From Macrostomum lignano (taxonomy: Eukaryota): a DNA stretch of 64,000 nt. The number at the start of each line of letters is the position of its first letter. Positions within the stretch are counted from its first letter, which is position 1. Of the stretch, positions 47,701 to 61,156 are shown one piece after another. A program made the position numbers and the translations under genes. Below the pieces are notes generated by a model. The model made no database searches, was not told where the DNA came from, and was given only the letters and a program-made list of their open reading frames with translations. The stretch is taken from positions 62,001-126,000 of the forward strand of contig NIVC01000296.1 in NCBI GenBank assembly GCA_002269645.1, read 5' to 3'.

Positions 47701-50700
47701 AAGTCAGCAATACCTGCCCGCCACCCGCCAGTGCCCGGACCTCACCCTGGGCATGCTGACTCCAGCCGACGGCCCAACCAGACGCAGCTTCCTACTCGGC
47801 CTGTGGCGCGCATCTGCGGAGGCTGCACAGACAGAGGATGATGAGGCACCAGCCCGACTGATGTCCGCTTTTGTCCAGCTGTTCCGGCCGGAGCCCCTGA
47901 CCCCAGCCGACCTGACCCGGATTTCTGTCGACGCCGTCAACCGATTGACTTTGCTGCCTTCTCCTGAAACCAATCGGCGCCTTCTGCAGCGCCTTCTGTT
48001 GCAGCTTGTCTCCGACAATGAGCACTGCCGAAAACACGTCGCCGCAGTTGTCGCTGCCCGTTCCCCCGGAGCTCGGGCTGACTTGGCTTCGTTGATGACC
48101 TTCAATTTGCTGACCCCCTTCGTCGAGCGAGCCCGAAAATTTCGCGACGGTCAACGCGCCGCGGCGCTGAAAGCTTCGTCGCTATCAGAGGAGGACAGCA
48201 GCTGCCGGCGCGAACCCTGGCGTCAGCGCTGGACCCCCGGCACGGCATGTACACCTTCAGCGGCCCGGCTGGAGACCGCCTGCTGCCAACGCCGTCGTTG
48301 TCTGCAGCTGAGGAGTTCGCTGGCGACTACCGGCTGCATGGCCGCCTACTTGGCGCCATTCTGAGCGCTGGGATCGCTTTCGATTTGGCGCCGGCGCCAT
48401 TTTCGCCCTGCTTTCTTCGTCTGGTGCTGACCGCCGCAACTGGGGAAGGCGAGGGCGAGAGCGACGGCTACTGGGAGGCGTCGTTAGAGGACCTCAGCGA
48501 AGTTGACCTTGAAATGCACGGGTGAGAAAAATTAAAACCTGGTGTTCGCCCCTGACACTTCAGGATGGTCGCCCCTGACACCTCAAAATGGTCGCCCCTG
48601 ACTGTTGTGCTTTTGGCTTTTAGCCTTTAGCAATTGTCAGTCTAGCGGTCTGCTGACCTCTGACGCGTCTATTATTTATTTCATAACTCAATAGCATGGT
48701 TCAATTCATCAACGCAGTCGCGTAACAAAAATGTCTATGGCAAAGCCATCAACCCACAACACCCTCCCTCTTCTATAGGTAGGTGTACAATTATCACTCA
48801 GGTACGATAAAAAATTCTAGTTTTCTTGGCCAAGCGTTCGCCTGGGTGACGGCTTGGATTGAACTCCGGCCTCAGTCTGTTGCTGTTGTGCTCTCTCAGC
48901 TTGTTCTGTTCCCGGTAGTATCTCAGTGTCTGTCGATGACGGACGCGTCTGTTGGCCGTCGTCACTTGGACCGTTGCCACCGGGCTTGGAATTCCCCATT
49001 TCCGTAGTTCCGTGAGCCTCAGGTACCTCACCGATTCGTAGTTGATCGAGGTGGGTCTTTAGATTTCGTCCAGTCTCTGTGGTGACGACTGCTGTGTTGC
49101 TGCCAAGCATTTTGGCGAATCTCACAGTTCGTGGCTCATGAGAACTCGATGTACGGTAGATGAGTGATTCTCCTGGGATCCACTTGGACTGAGTGCTGCT
49201 CTCCGAGATGGGGAGTCTTATTTGTCTGCCGTTCAACAACTCGGACGGTGATGCTTGCTGCTTCCCTTTGGCAGCTCTGTAGAACAGTAGAAATCTGTCA
49301 ATACTTCTTTGGGATAAACCATTGGTCTTGATTGTCTCTTTGACGGTTCGCACCATTCGCTCTGCAATGCCGTTGCTCTGTGGATGGTAGGCGGGCGTTG
49401 TGATGTGCGAACAGCCAATCTGGGTGAGCCAGCCGGTCACCGCTTCGCTCACAAAACTAGGGCCGTTGTCTGACACGAGACACTTGGGCACCCCCTGTTG
49501 TGAGAACAATCTTCTAAGTCTGGAAATGACTGTGTCGGCCTTCATATCGCTCGTGATGAAGACTTCCGGGTAGCTCGAGTGCGCATCCACAATGATGAGT
49601 AGGTACTTGCCCTCTATCGGACCGGCAAAATCAATGTGCAATCGCTCCCAGGGGTTGTCAGGTTCTGGCCACGAGTGCCGAAAGTTCTTATTTCTGGACT
49701 TGTACGCGTTGCACACGTTGCATCGTCCAATGTAGTCAGCGATGTCACGGTCCATCTGTAGCCACCAGAACTGTTCCCTCAAAATCGACTTTGACTTTTC
49801 CACCCCACCGTGCGTTGAGTGTACAGCTGCCAGGGCAGTTTCTCTCAGGACACGAGGCAATACAATTCTGTTCATTCTGTAAATAATTCCATCATTGACA
49901 GTTAGCTCATCTTGAACCTTTGAGTAGCTGAGTAGGTGTGGGTCGTCAAATAGATTATTGTTAATTATGGCTGCGCCCAGGCATCTGAACTCCGGGTCCT
50001 CTCTGGTTGCGTGTGCAATGCGATCCAGCTGAATTACTCCCGGGTTGTCAGCTTCGAGGAGTCCGATCGATGCTGTCTGTGCATTCGGCTTAGCGGGCAC
50101 CAGTCGAGATAGCGCATCCGACAGCATTAGCTTTGATGGTCGATACTGTATGTCATAGTCATAAGCAGCTAGTATGATTGCCCATCGTTGTAGTCGAGCT
50201 GAAACTCTGGTGGGCAGCTGTTTGTCTGGCGCGAATATGTATGTGAGGGGCCGGTGATCAGTTATCAGTGTGACACTCCGGCCATACAAGAACCGATGGC
50301 ATCTTTGAATGCACCAAACCAGTGCCAGGCCTTCACGCTCTATTTGCGAATATTTTGTTTCGGCGTCAGACAGAGTCTTGCTCATGTACAGCACGACTTG
50401 ACCGCTTTGTGTCAACACTCCGCCCAGAGCTCGCTGAGAACTGTCGCATTCCAGTTCAATGGGCTTCTCCGGATCAAATATTTGAAGACTCGATTGATCA
50501 GAGAGAGTGACCTTGATTTCGTCAAATGCTATTTGACACTCCTTTGTCCACTCGAAGTCCTCATTTTTCTTTCTTAGTCGATTGAGAGGCTTGGTCAGTG
50601 CAGCTAGGTTTCTGATGAACTTGCCGCTAAAATTTACGAGGCCCAGGAAGGATTCAAGCTCGCCAACGTTCTGCGGTGGTGTCATGTCCTGGATTGCCTT

Positions 50701-51689
50701 CACTTTGGCTGGGTCCGGCTTGAGCTGATCTCCTTCCAATAAGTAGCCTAGAAACTTGATCGAAGTCTTGCGGAATTCACTTTTCGCCGTGTTGATCTTC
50801 AATCCTTGCTGGTTTAGTCGATGCAATACTTCCGTCTCACGAACTGCCAATTGTTCTACGCCTTTGCCGCATATCAATATGTCGTCTACGTAGGCAATGA
50901 CGCCAGGAATTCCTTGTAGGACTTGGCTAATGTACCGCTGGAAGATCGCAGGTGCTGTTTTCACTCCGAACGGAAGCTTGTTGAAAGCGAACATCCCAAA
51001 TGGTGTTGACATTACTGTCAGCTCTTTGGAAGCTTCATCTAGTGGGATCTGGTGATAAGCTTTCTCTAGGTCCAGACGAGCGTATATCCGGCTGCCAGCA
51101 GCAGTTGCAATCACTTCGTCAGGTGCTGAATCTCACTCAGAATTACCTCAGAATTGTCGCCCCTGACACCCCGAAATGGTCACCCTTGACACCTCAGAAT
51201 GGTCGCCCTTGACACCTCAGAATTGTCGCCCCTGACACCCTAAAACAGTCGCCCCTGACAACTAAAATGATCGCTCCTTACCTGAAATTCATCTCAAAAT
51301 CCTGACACTCAAAAAAGTGAAGCAAAGAATGCAACTTTCTGTCCACCTCCAGCCGCCTGTCCGCTCTCAGCTCGGCCAGTGAGGAGGGCGGACTGCCCGA
51401 ACTTCTGAGCAGTTCGGCGACAACCTTCGCCGACCCGTCCGGCTGTGGGCCGCCACTCCGGCCAGACGGCGACACAGAGGCGGTGACACCGGACACTTTG
51501 GCCGAGTTCCTGCGCCTCGCCTGCGGCCGTCGGGTTCGCCAGCTGCTGCTTGCTACGGCAAGACACTTCGCCGCCGGACTGACGGCCGTCCTGCCGCGGC
51601 CAGAACTGCTGACCAACTTTTCCCACTGGGAGCTGGTGCGGCTCATCCAGGGCCAGGACTTAGGGGCTGCGCGCGGTTTGCAGAATTGA
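45434..51689 (+). CDS. IQ-motif + HECT E3 ubiquitin ligase (UBE3B/UBE3C-like), HECT C-lobe not found
   Basis: AATRIQAFYRG IQ motif (45434-45667); exons ~46208-46881 and ~47708-48521 (YRLHGRLLG...LEDLSEVD). The 48521/51371 splice is phase-consistent and continues VTPDTLAEF...HFAAGLTAVLP...FSHWELVRLIQG. Confidence 0.75.
48603..48761 (-). repeat. 159-bp 3' LTR with adjacent polypurine tract
   Basis: TGTTGTG...CACAACA inverted termini; on the minus strand it is preceded by ATAGAAGAGGGAGGG (48762-48776); contains a minus-strand AATAAA. Confidence 0.85.
48603..51125 (-). mobile_element. 5'-truncated Ty3/Gypsy LTR retrotransposon (RT-RNaseH-integrase + PPT + 3' LTR)
   Basis: Uninterrupted 765-aa ORF (48817-51114) with LDLEKAYHQ, YVDD, CDSS RNase H, HHCC and DDE integrase motifs; inserted antisense in the HECT gene intron. 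Confidence 0.93.
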
Positions 51690-51789
51690 ATCGGAAATGA
51701 AAACCATTATTATTGTTTGGAGACTGATAAGAGTGCCTAACCCCAACTTTGCTGCCACCCCTGCCAGCAGTCTCACTAATAATGCAGCC

Positions 51790-54700
51790 ACCTCACTCCC
51801 TGTCCCTCCTAACCCCGTAACCCCTTACTGCAGCCACCTCACTCCCTGTCCCTCTTAACCCCGTAACCCCTTACTGCAGCCACCTCACTCCCTGTCCCTC
51901 CTAACCCCGTAACCTCTTACTGCAGCCACCTCACTCCCTGTCCCTCCTAACCCCGTAACCCCTTACTGCAGCCACCTCACTCCCTGTCCCTCCTAACCCC
52001 GTAACCCCTTACTGCAGCCACCCCACTCCCTGTCCCTCCTAACCCCGTAACCCCTTACTGCAGCCACCTCACTCCCTGTCCCTCCTAACCCCGTAACCCC
52101 TTACTGCAGCCACCCCACTCCCTGTCCCTCCTAACCCCGTAACCCCTTACTGCAGCCACCTCACTCCCTGTTCCTCCTAAACCCTCAAACCCCTACTGCA
52201 GCCATCTCACTCCTAGATCTCTGAATTTACCTAAAAAATCGATATTGCAATGAAACAAAGACGGCATCATAATATACTCGGATTATTTTCTTCATCCCTA
52301 ATTGCAAGGCATAGTTAGTACCCGCTATATTTAATAAAATATGCAAACATTCTATTTATTGTCTTTTTCTAAGCTCAAATATTGCTTTCTACTCAAGCCA
52401 TGCGCAGCTCGATTGATTTTTTCTCGTATTTCGTATCGGTAATGTTAATGTTGAATAACTGCGTGTTCGGACTAATTAAATAAGTCTTTAAATCAATAAA
52501 TCAATAAAAATGCGTGAAAAGACAACTGGGAATTCACAAATGTTAAATATTTTTTCTCATCGTTTCTGTTCCTCATCATCTGGGCAGCTTGGATGAAAAC
52601 CTTTATCCAACTTTGTACTCTACAAAATCCTTGCAAATTATTCTGGGATCTCTGTTTGTCTGAGTGGAATCCCTCAATGTCCGGTGCGGCTCTGCAGCCC
52701 CCCCCCCACTGTAGGATTCATCCCAAATCCCTCGGCTGCAGTTGGGCAGGCACAGGTGCCGTGATTGACAGATTATTATCTTCACACCTCTCGCCTATCT
52801 GTGGCTGGGCTGCATTTTAATAGACAGAATATTAACACTTGCAAGCCGTGCTGCTGGCCGTGTTTTTATTGCGTTCGAATCCAAAAAAAAAGTTTAGCAG
52901 CGACGAGTTTTTTTGAATTCATCTTTCCCAATGCCACCACTCAGCGACACTCGGATTGGTCCGGCATGGAAACTGAACCCGCGTCTCCCCCCTGTGATAA
53001 GGTAGCCTAAACAGGGAAGGCAGCTATAACTACTGCCCAATGCAGATGGTACAGCATCCAAAACAAGCAGCAGACTTACTGGAACAGTTGAAAGCAGAAT
53101 GCTGCAGCAAGTTCATCAGCCTCTACTCGAACTGCAGCCGAGCGGAGTCCTGTACAGCAGAGCTGGCGCGGCGGTGCAGCTCATGTGCATTGTGACCAAC
53201 ATCAGCTTGGTGGATCTGGACTCTCTCACCTGGACGTTTCGAGGGTGAGACTGAGGAGCTGTAGTACCATTTTCTGAAATTTTAACTCAATCACACTGAT
53301 TCTTTCCCTGACCTTCCAAACCCTCCTTACCCCTGAACCCCTATCTCAGCCACATCACCTCCTGCCCCCCCTAACCCCTGAACCCCTATCTCAGCCACCT
53401 CAAACTCCTACCCCCTAACCCCTGAACCCCTTATCTCAGCCACCTCAACTCCTACCCCCTAACCCCTGAACCCCTATCTCAGCTACCTCAACTCCTACCC
53501 CTAACCCCTGAACCCCTATCTCAGCCACCTCAACTCCTACCCCCTAACCCCTGAACCCCTACCTCAGCTACCTCAACTCCTACCCCCTAGGCCTAACCCC
53601 TGAACCCCTATCTCAGCCACCTCAACTCCTACCCCCTAACCCCTGAACCCCTATCTCAGCCACCTCAACTCCTACCCCCTAACCCCTGAACCCCTTATCT
53701 CAGCCACCTCAACTCCTATCCCCCTAACCCCTGAACCCCTATCTCAGCTACCTCACCTCCTGCCCTTCCTAACCCCTGGACCCCCTACCGCACTACCGCC
53801 GCCACCTCAGTCCCCGTTCCTCATAACCCCTCAACCCCTACTGCAGCCACCTCACTCCCCGCCCCTTCTAACCCTTGGACCCCCTACCGCACTATCGCAG
53901 CCACCTCACTCCCTGCCCCTCCTTAACCCTCAACCCCCTGCCGCAGGCATCTCACTCCCTGCACCTCCTTACCCCTCAACCCCTACTGCAGCCACCTCAC
54001 TCCCTGCACCCTTTAAAATCACCGACTCCTACAGCAATACAGAGGTACCCACAACATCCATTCATAGTAAATGACTCGAAAATCGCATGCAATATCAATC
54101 TAGCAAGTCTGTAAGCTTTACCTTCAGTTCGACTAGATACAGACTCGCGCCTCTGACTTGGTAGACAAGGAACAGCCAGTGTTGTGCCGCGCGTGTCATT
54201 CGTCACATCCGCCAGGCCGTGGTGCCGTCAACGAGCCGCGCATTGTCAGCCCCCCCCCCTTCAGTCTTGCTTCCAGGAAATGCGAGAAATGCTGCTGCAG
54301 AAGAGCCGCTGTGTTTTCTTATTCATGGCCCAGATTCGTGTTTGGTTCGGGCGCGAGTTTTCCATCCCGATTCTCCCTCTTCTAACAGCGGTGGTTTCTT
54401 TTCAAAAGCAGCATTTTTCCAGACCGGTTCGCGCGTTGCGAAAAATGAAAGAAGAAATATTTACCAGTATACTCTTTCGGGTTTCTGGCTGGGGGGGTGG
54501 ACTTCGGGTGATCTCTGACCCCTTCTGCCAGAGCTGCGTGCATGCGGATTCGAAAAATTTTGGGATCTTTTCTAAGTCCCTTCCTATTTGCGGAATTTTT
54601 ACAATGCCAGAGCAATAAAGTAGTTGGCCTGTTCAATAATCTACTTTGCCAGTACCATCATATCCACGAATATGGCTTGGAAGCATTTGAACTTTGTTCT

Positions 54701-55780
54701 TCAGATTTCATTCATTCGCATCCAGTGAAAAAATTGCCGGGACACAGCGACCTTGTGGAATATGTTCAACAAATCTTTCAATTGTATTCTCAAAAAAGCC
54801 TTCAGACTCGAGCTAATGAATAGAGCAGCCTTATCGTTCTAGTAAAACTAAAAACACAACCTACCCAACCAACAACCCCCGATCTACCCAAACAACAACC
54901 CTGATCTGCCCAAACAACAACCCCGATCCTACCCAAACAACAACCCCCGATCTACCCAAACAACAACCCCCTATCCTACCCAAACAACAACCCCCGATCT
55001 ACCCAAACAACAACCCCCGATCTACCCAAACAACAATTCCCGATCTACCCAACCAAAAACCCCCGATCTACCCAAACAACAACTCCCGATGTACCCAATC
55101 AACAATCTAATCTACCTAACCAAGAACCCCCGATCTACCCAATCAATCCCCGATCTACCCAAACAACAACCCCCGATCCTACCCAAACAACAACCCCCGA
55201 TCTACCCAAACAACAACCCCCGATCTACCCAAACAAAAACCCCCGATCTACCCAAACAACAATTCCCGATCTACCCAACCAAAAACCCCCGATCTACCCA
55301 AACAAAAACTCCCGATCTACCCAAACAACAACTCCCGATCTACCCAACCAAAAACCCCCGATCTACCCAAACAACAACTCCCGATCCTACCCAAACAACA
55401 ACCCCCGATCTACCCAAACAACAACCCCCGATCTACCCAAACAACAATTCCCGATCTACCCAACCAAAAACCCCCGATCTACCCAAACAACAACTCCCGA
55501 TCTACCCAAACAACAACTCCCGATCTACCCAAACAACAACTCCCGATCTACCCAAACAACAACTCCCGATGTACCCAATCAACAATCTAATCTACCTAAC
55601 CAAGAACCCCCGATCTACCCAATCAATCCCCGATCTACCCAATAAACAATCCCCGATCTACCCAACCAACGACCCAATCTACCCAATCAACAACCCCCAA
55701 TGGATCCAACTAAATCCCCCCAAAATCTACACAATCAACAACTCCTGAATGTACTCAACAACCCCCAAATCTACCCAACC
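51790..55780 (+). repeat. C-rich minisatellites (51790-52205, 53325-54010, 54860-55780)
   Basis: CAGCCACCTCACTCCCTGTCCCTCCTAACCCCGTAACCCCTTACTG-type and CCCGATCTACCCAAACAACAAC-type units. Confidence 0.9.
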
Positions 55781-57926
55781 CATCAGAGCCGCGGAGCCGC
55801 TGGACACGCCCGTACCTGGCATGGCATTCAGGCCCGCTTATCACGCCAGCCGCCTTCAGGTGACCAGCATGAGCCCCCTGTTCGCCGGGCGCTACACCTG
55901 CAGAGCCGAGCTTCGCCGTTCAACAGGCGCCGTCTCCGCCACCGTCCACCTTCGCCTCGGCCGTCGGTGCCGTCCGCCGCCGCTGGAGGCCACCTGCTCC
56001 ACCGGTTTCTGCCTGGAGCTGCGTCGACACTGCCGGCCCTCCGGCGAGGTTGAACGCAGCCCCTTGATAACGGACGCCTGTCCGGAGGCTGCTTCGCTGT
56101 GCCCGCTGTCCGAGTCGGTCGATCTGCGCCAGACCTTCGCCGAGTTTGTCAGGCCCGCCTGGCGCCAGCTGATTCTTGCCTGCGGCTGCGCCTGCGTTCT
56201 GGCGCTCTCGCTGGCGCTGACTGGCGCCGTCTGCTGGCGCCAAATTCAACAGCGGCGCCGACGGCATTGCATTGAAAAGAATTCGAATTCATCCACGACT
56301 GAAGCGGCAGCTGAGCTGCCCGTTGCCATGACAACCACCGTGTACGATATGGTGGTGAGTTTTCAGACTGTCTGGTCACTATGGAGCATTTTTAAAGCTT
56401 ATATAAGTGTACATTTCACTCTGAAGTATCACATTTTACTCTAAAGTGTCAAATTTCACTCTAAAGTGTCACATTTCACTCTGAAGTGTCACATTTTACT
56501 CTAAAGTGTCAAATTTCACTCTAAAGTGTCACATTTCACTCTGAAGTGTCACATTTTACTCTAAAGTGTCAAATTTCACTCTAAAGTGTCACATTTCACT
56601 GAAGTGTCACATTTCACTTTAAAGTGTCACATTTCACTCTAAAGTTTCACATTTCACTGAAGTGTCACATTTCCCTTTAAAGTGTCACATTTCACTCTAA
56701 AGTTTCACATTTCACTGAAGTGTCACATTTCACTTTAAAGTGTCACATTTCACTCTAAAGTTTCACATTTCACTGAAGTGTCACATTTCACTCTAAAGTG
56801 TCACATTTCACTCTAAAGTGTCACATTTCACTCTAAAGTGTCACATTTCACTCTAAAGTGTCACATTTCACTCTGAAGTGTCACATTTCACTCTGAAGTG
56901 TCACATTTTACTCTGAAGTGTCACATTTCACTCTGAAGTGTCACATTTCACTCTGAAGTGTCACATTTCACTCTAAAGTGTCACATTTCACTGAAGTGTC
57001 ACATTTCACTCTAAAGTGTCACATTTCACTCTGAAGTGTCACTTTTCTCTCTCTACCACATCTAGTCCCTTTCTACTACATCTAGTTACAATATACTCTC
57101 TACAACATCTAGTCACTCTAGATGTCTACTAGAGCTCTACTATGTCTAATCATTAATTCGTACACATCTAGTCACTCTCTATCACATCTAGTCACTCTCT
57201 ATCACATCTAGTCACTCTCTATCACATCTAGTCACTCTCTATCACATCTAGTCACTCTCTATCACATCTAGTCACTCTCTATCACATCTAGTCACTCTCT
57301 ATCACATCTAGTCACTCTCTATCACATCTAGTCACTCTCTATCACATCTAGTCACTCTCTATCACATCTAGTCACTCTCTATCACATCTAGTCACTCTCT
57401 ATCACATCTAGTCACTCTCTATCACATCTAGTCACTCTCATACACGCCCCAATATCAGGCCACCCGCAATCAGTCGGGAACTCAACACGTTGCCGTCAGC
57501 CTGTCACCCCGCCAGCGGTCGTACCCCTGCTCACCGCTTAACCAACGATTCGCTCTTCAACAATGGCACCAGCCGCAAGCCCCGGCTCTGGTCCACAGCT
57601 CCAGGCAGCCTCCGGAGACGCCTCATCAGTACCAGCAGCTGCAGCACTTTTGGACGGCCGCCACCGCTGAGGAGTCGCCCGCCTCCGCCCTGATCAGCCG
57701 ACGTCGGCACCGGCGTCGAAGTCGCTCGTTGGACGTCGCCGCGTCGGTAAGTCGACGCGGTCGGCTTCGCTTATCGGCGGCGTCGAGTTATTCAACGGAC
57801 AGCCAGTCGACCTTCTCGGACGGCGGCGGCTCGGGGCTGGATGGTGCCGCGACCGCGGCTGCTCAGCAGCAGCGACTGTTGGAGGACAGCAGATCCTGGC
57901 TTGCTGCTAGAGAGTTTTGCGTTTAA
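53040..57926 (+). CDS. Single-pass membrane protein with Ig domain and Cys-rich segment
   Basis: Exons ~53040-53244 (AVQLMCIVT...LTWTFRG), 55787-56354 (FAGRYTCRA, Cys cluster, TM LILACGCACVLALSLALTGAVCW) and 57459-57926; splice phases are consistent. Confidence 0.7.
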
Positions 57927-58860
57927 CTGCCGTCTACTATGCTATCTTTTGTTGCTGCCTACTACTGAATAGTTTTGTGTTAGTAGCATAATTAGCGCGT
58001 TAAAGAATTTTATAAAATTTAAAGTTAGTTGATTTTGCATTTCTTTGTCATTTCTGGATTGCTACAAGCGTATTGAGTTGCTGCTGGCCCGGCTTTGCTG
58101 TTTCCTAGAAAAGCGATTGCTAACGTTTAGGTTAAGTTTAGATTATTACAAAGTTTCGTGAGCATTGTTTTTAAAATACCTGTAGAACTGTTTAGCGCTC
58201 TGTTATCTGTAATCTATCACCTGGATTAGCTATCCGCCATATCAGTTATACACTTAATCAATTCTATTACTTTATACATCTAGGCTAGGCTAGCAATCCA
58301 TTCCATTCCCACATCCGTGTATGCTAGTCTAGCAATCCATCATATCCGTTAATCATTGGCTAGACTAGCAATCCATCACATCAGTTAATCCATTGACTAG
58401 GCTAGCAATCCATTACATCAGTTAATCCATTGACTAGGCTAGCAATCCATCATATCTGTTAATCATTGGCTAGACTAGCAATCCATCACATCAGTTAATC
58501 CATTGGCTAGGCTAGCAATCCATCACATCAGTTAATCCATTGACTAGGCTAGCAATCCATTACATCAGTTAATCCATTGACTAGGCTAACAATCCATCAT
58601 ATCTGTTAATCCATTGGCTAGACTAGCAATCCATCACATCAGTTAATCCATTGGCTAGGCTAGCAATCCATCATATCCGTTAATCCATTGGCTAGACTAG
58701 CAATCCATCATATCCGTTAATCCATTGGCTAGACTAGCAATCCATCATATCCGTTAATCCATTGGCTAGGCTAGCAATCCATCATATCCGTTAATCCATT
58801 GGCTAGGCTAGCAATCCATCATATCCGTTAATCCATTGGCTAGACTAGCAATCCATCACA
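56410..58860 (+). repeat. Three minisatellites (56410-57050, 57165-57438, 58310-58860)
   Basis: CACTCTAAAGTGTCACATTT, CACATCTAGTCACTCTCTAT and GGCTAGCAATCCATCACATCAGTTAATCCATT units. Confidence 0.92.
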
Positions 58861-59419
58861 TCCGGTAACTTATAGTCCGTCAACACATTGCATTATGCAG
58901 AGCCTCTTTCACACCTAGTAATTTAATTTAGTAACTATGCGAAAATTGAATGCAGCATTGCACAAGACGGTGCGAATAGCCTCAGGAAATATTGCTGCGC
59001 ACTTGCTGTACTTTGCGTGACGCCATATCTAAGAAGTGAAAAAGAATTATTTCAAGAAGCTTTGAAGCTCAGTCAAAATCTGATAGCAGATCGCGTGGCG
59101 TGATGACAGTGGATAATCTCCGAGCATCAAGTCTCCATGCCAGATTAGAATCCTCGGGTTTGAATGCCGAGATTAAATCAAGGCCAGATTTTCTAAGAAG
59201 TCACGCTGGTATTTGTGACATTATCAAATGTTCAATTCTTAGCTTTGAAAGGGTTTGATAACGGGGGTTTGTGTGAAGCTGGTGTGCTGTGCGAATTTTC
59301 AGTTTTGTAGCTAAAAAATGATATCGAAAGAGGTGGGAATTTGTGAATTGCTCACTGTGAAGGATATATGTTTCTCGTTTTAGGCTATCAAGAAGTAATC
59401 ATCTGTGGATTAGATGTAG

Positions 59420-60782
59420 GTAGAGATTGAAATTAATAGGGGAGGACCTGATAGAGAATGGAGATAGACACGGATAGAGAATGGGGAATAGACACGGATA
59501 GAGAATGGGAAATAGACACGGATAGAGAATGGGGAATAGACACGGATAGAGAATGGGGAATAGACACGGATAGAGGGGAATAAACACGGATAGAGAATGG
59601 GGAATAAACACGGATAGAGGGGAATAAACACGGATAGAGAATGGGGAATAGACACGGATAGAGAATGGGGAATAGACACGGATAGAGAAGGGGAATAGAC
59701 ACGGATAGAGAATGGGGAATAGACACGGATAGAGAATGGGGAATAGACACGGATAGAGAATGGGGAATAGACACGGATAGAGAATGGGGAATAGACACGG
59801 ATAGAGAATGGGGAATAGACACGGATAGAGAATGGGGAATAGACACGGATAGAGAATGGGGAATAGACACGGATAGAGAAGGGTAACAGACACGGATAGA
59901 GAATGGGGAATAGACACGGATAGAGAAGGGTAACAGACACGGATAGAGAATGGGGAATAGACACGGATAGAGAATGGGGAATAGACACGGATAGAGAATG
60001 GGAAATAGACACGGATAGAGAATGGGGAATAGACACGGATAGAGAATGGGGAATAAACACGGATAGAGAATGGGGAATAGACACGGATAGAGAATAGGGA
60101 ATAGACACGGATAGAGAATGGGGAATAGACACGGATAGAGAATGGGGAATAGACACGGATAGAGAATGGGGAATAGACACGGATAGAGAAGGGTAACAGA
60201 CACGGATAGAGAATGGGGAATAGACACGGATAGAGAAGGGTAACAGACACGGATAGAGAATGGGAACAGACACGGATAGAGAAGGGGGAATAGACACGGA
60301 TAGAGAATGGGGAATAAACACGGATAGAGAATGGGGAATAGACACGGATAGAGAATAGGGAATAGACACGGATAGAGAATGGGGAATAGACACGGATAGA
60401 GAATAGGGAATAGACACGGATAGAGAATGGGGAATAGACACGGATAGAGAATAGGGAATAGACACGGATAGAGAATGGGGAATAGACACGGATAGAGAAT
60501 GGGGAATAGACACGGATAGAGAATGGGGAATAGACACGGATAGAGAAGGGTAACAGACACGGATAGAGAATGGGGAATAGACACGGATAGAGAAGGGTAA
60601 CAGACACGGATAGAGAATGGGGAATAGACACGGATAGAGAATGGGGAATAGACACGGATAGAGAATGGGGAATAGACACGGATAGAGAATGGGGAATAGA
60701 CACGGATAGAGAATGGGGAATAGACACGGATAGAGAATGGGGAATAGACACGGATAGAGAAGGGTAACAGACACGGATAGAG
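59420..60782 (+). repeat. 24-bp minisatellite upstream of the Sp5-like gene
   Basis: GACACGGATAGAGAATGGGGAATA units. Confidence 0.96.
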
Positions 60783-61156
60783 TTAGTAGTGAGAACAGCA
60801 GAGCAGAATGCCATTAGGAAGCTGGGATGCTGGCCGCTGGCCAATGAAGCAGAGCCGGAGACGCCACGCGAGTGTCAGAACGGAGGCAGGGAGTTGTTGA
60901 CAGGCGCTGTCCAATGAGACACGTGGACCCATCAAACTGGAGTTGGAGAGGGTGAGGGCTGGGGGTGGGTGGATGACAAGTCGGCAAAGACAAGGACTCC
61001 TTGCCGACTCCGCCTTCATGTTTGGACAAAGCAGACACTCTTCAATCTGCTTGTCGAGTTCTAAGATAACTGCCACTTTTTTATTTGGCCCATTAAAAAA
61101 ATCCTGAAAGCTTCAGAGAATCGACGCAATAATTTCGAATCCATTAGCAAATTGTT

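Noticed and set aside
51278-51646. Minus-strand exon suggested by an AG|GTAAG-like site near 51279
   Set aside because: The plus strand encodes clear HECT motifs with a phase-consistent splice from 48521.
59399-60844. Long ORFs (up to 481 aa) over repeats, also at 1108-1980, 16833-20154, 28918-29582, 30859-31966, 55089-55748, 61694-62170 and 62899-63710
   Set aside because: These are translations of stop-free micro/minisatellites, not genes.
60800-61150. TCF/LEF Wnt-response cluster upstream of the Sp5-like gene
   Set aside because: CCAAT and E-box-like words are present, but I saw no clear (A/T)(A/T)CAAAG cluster.
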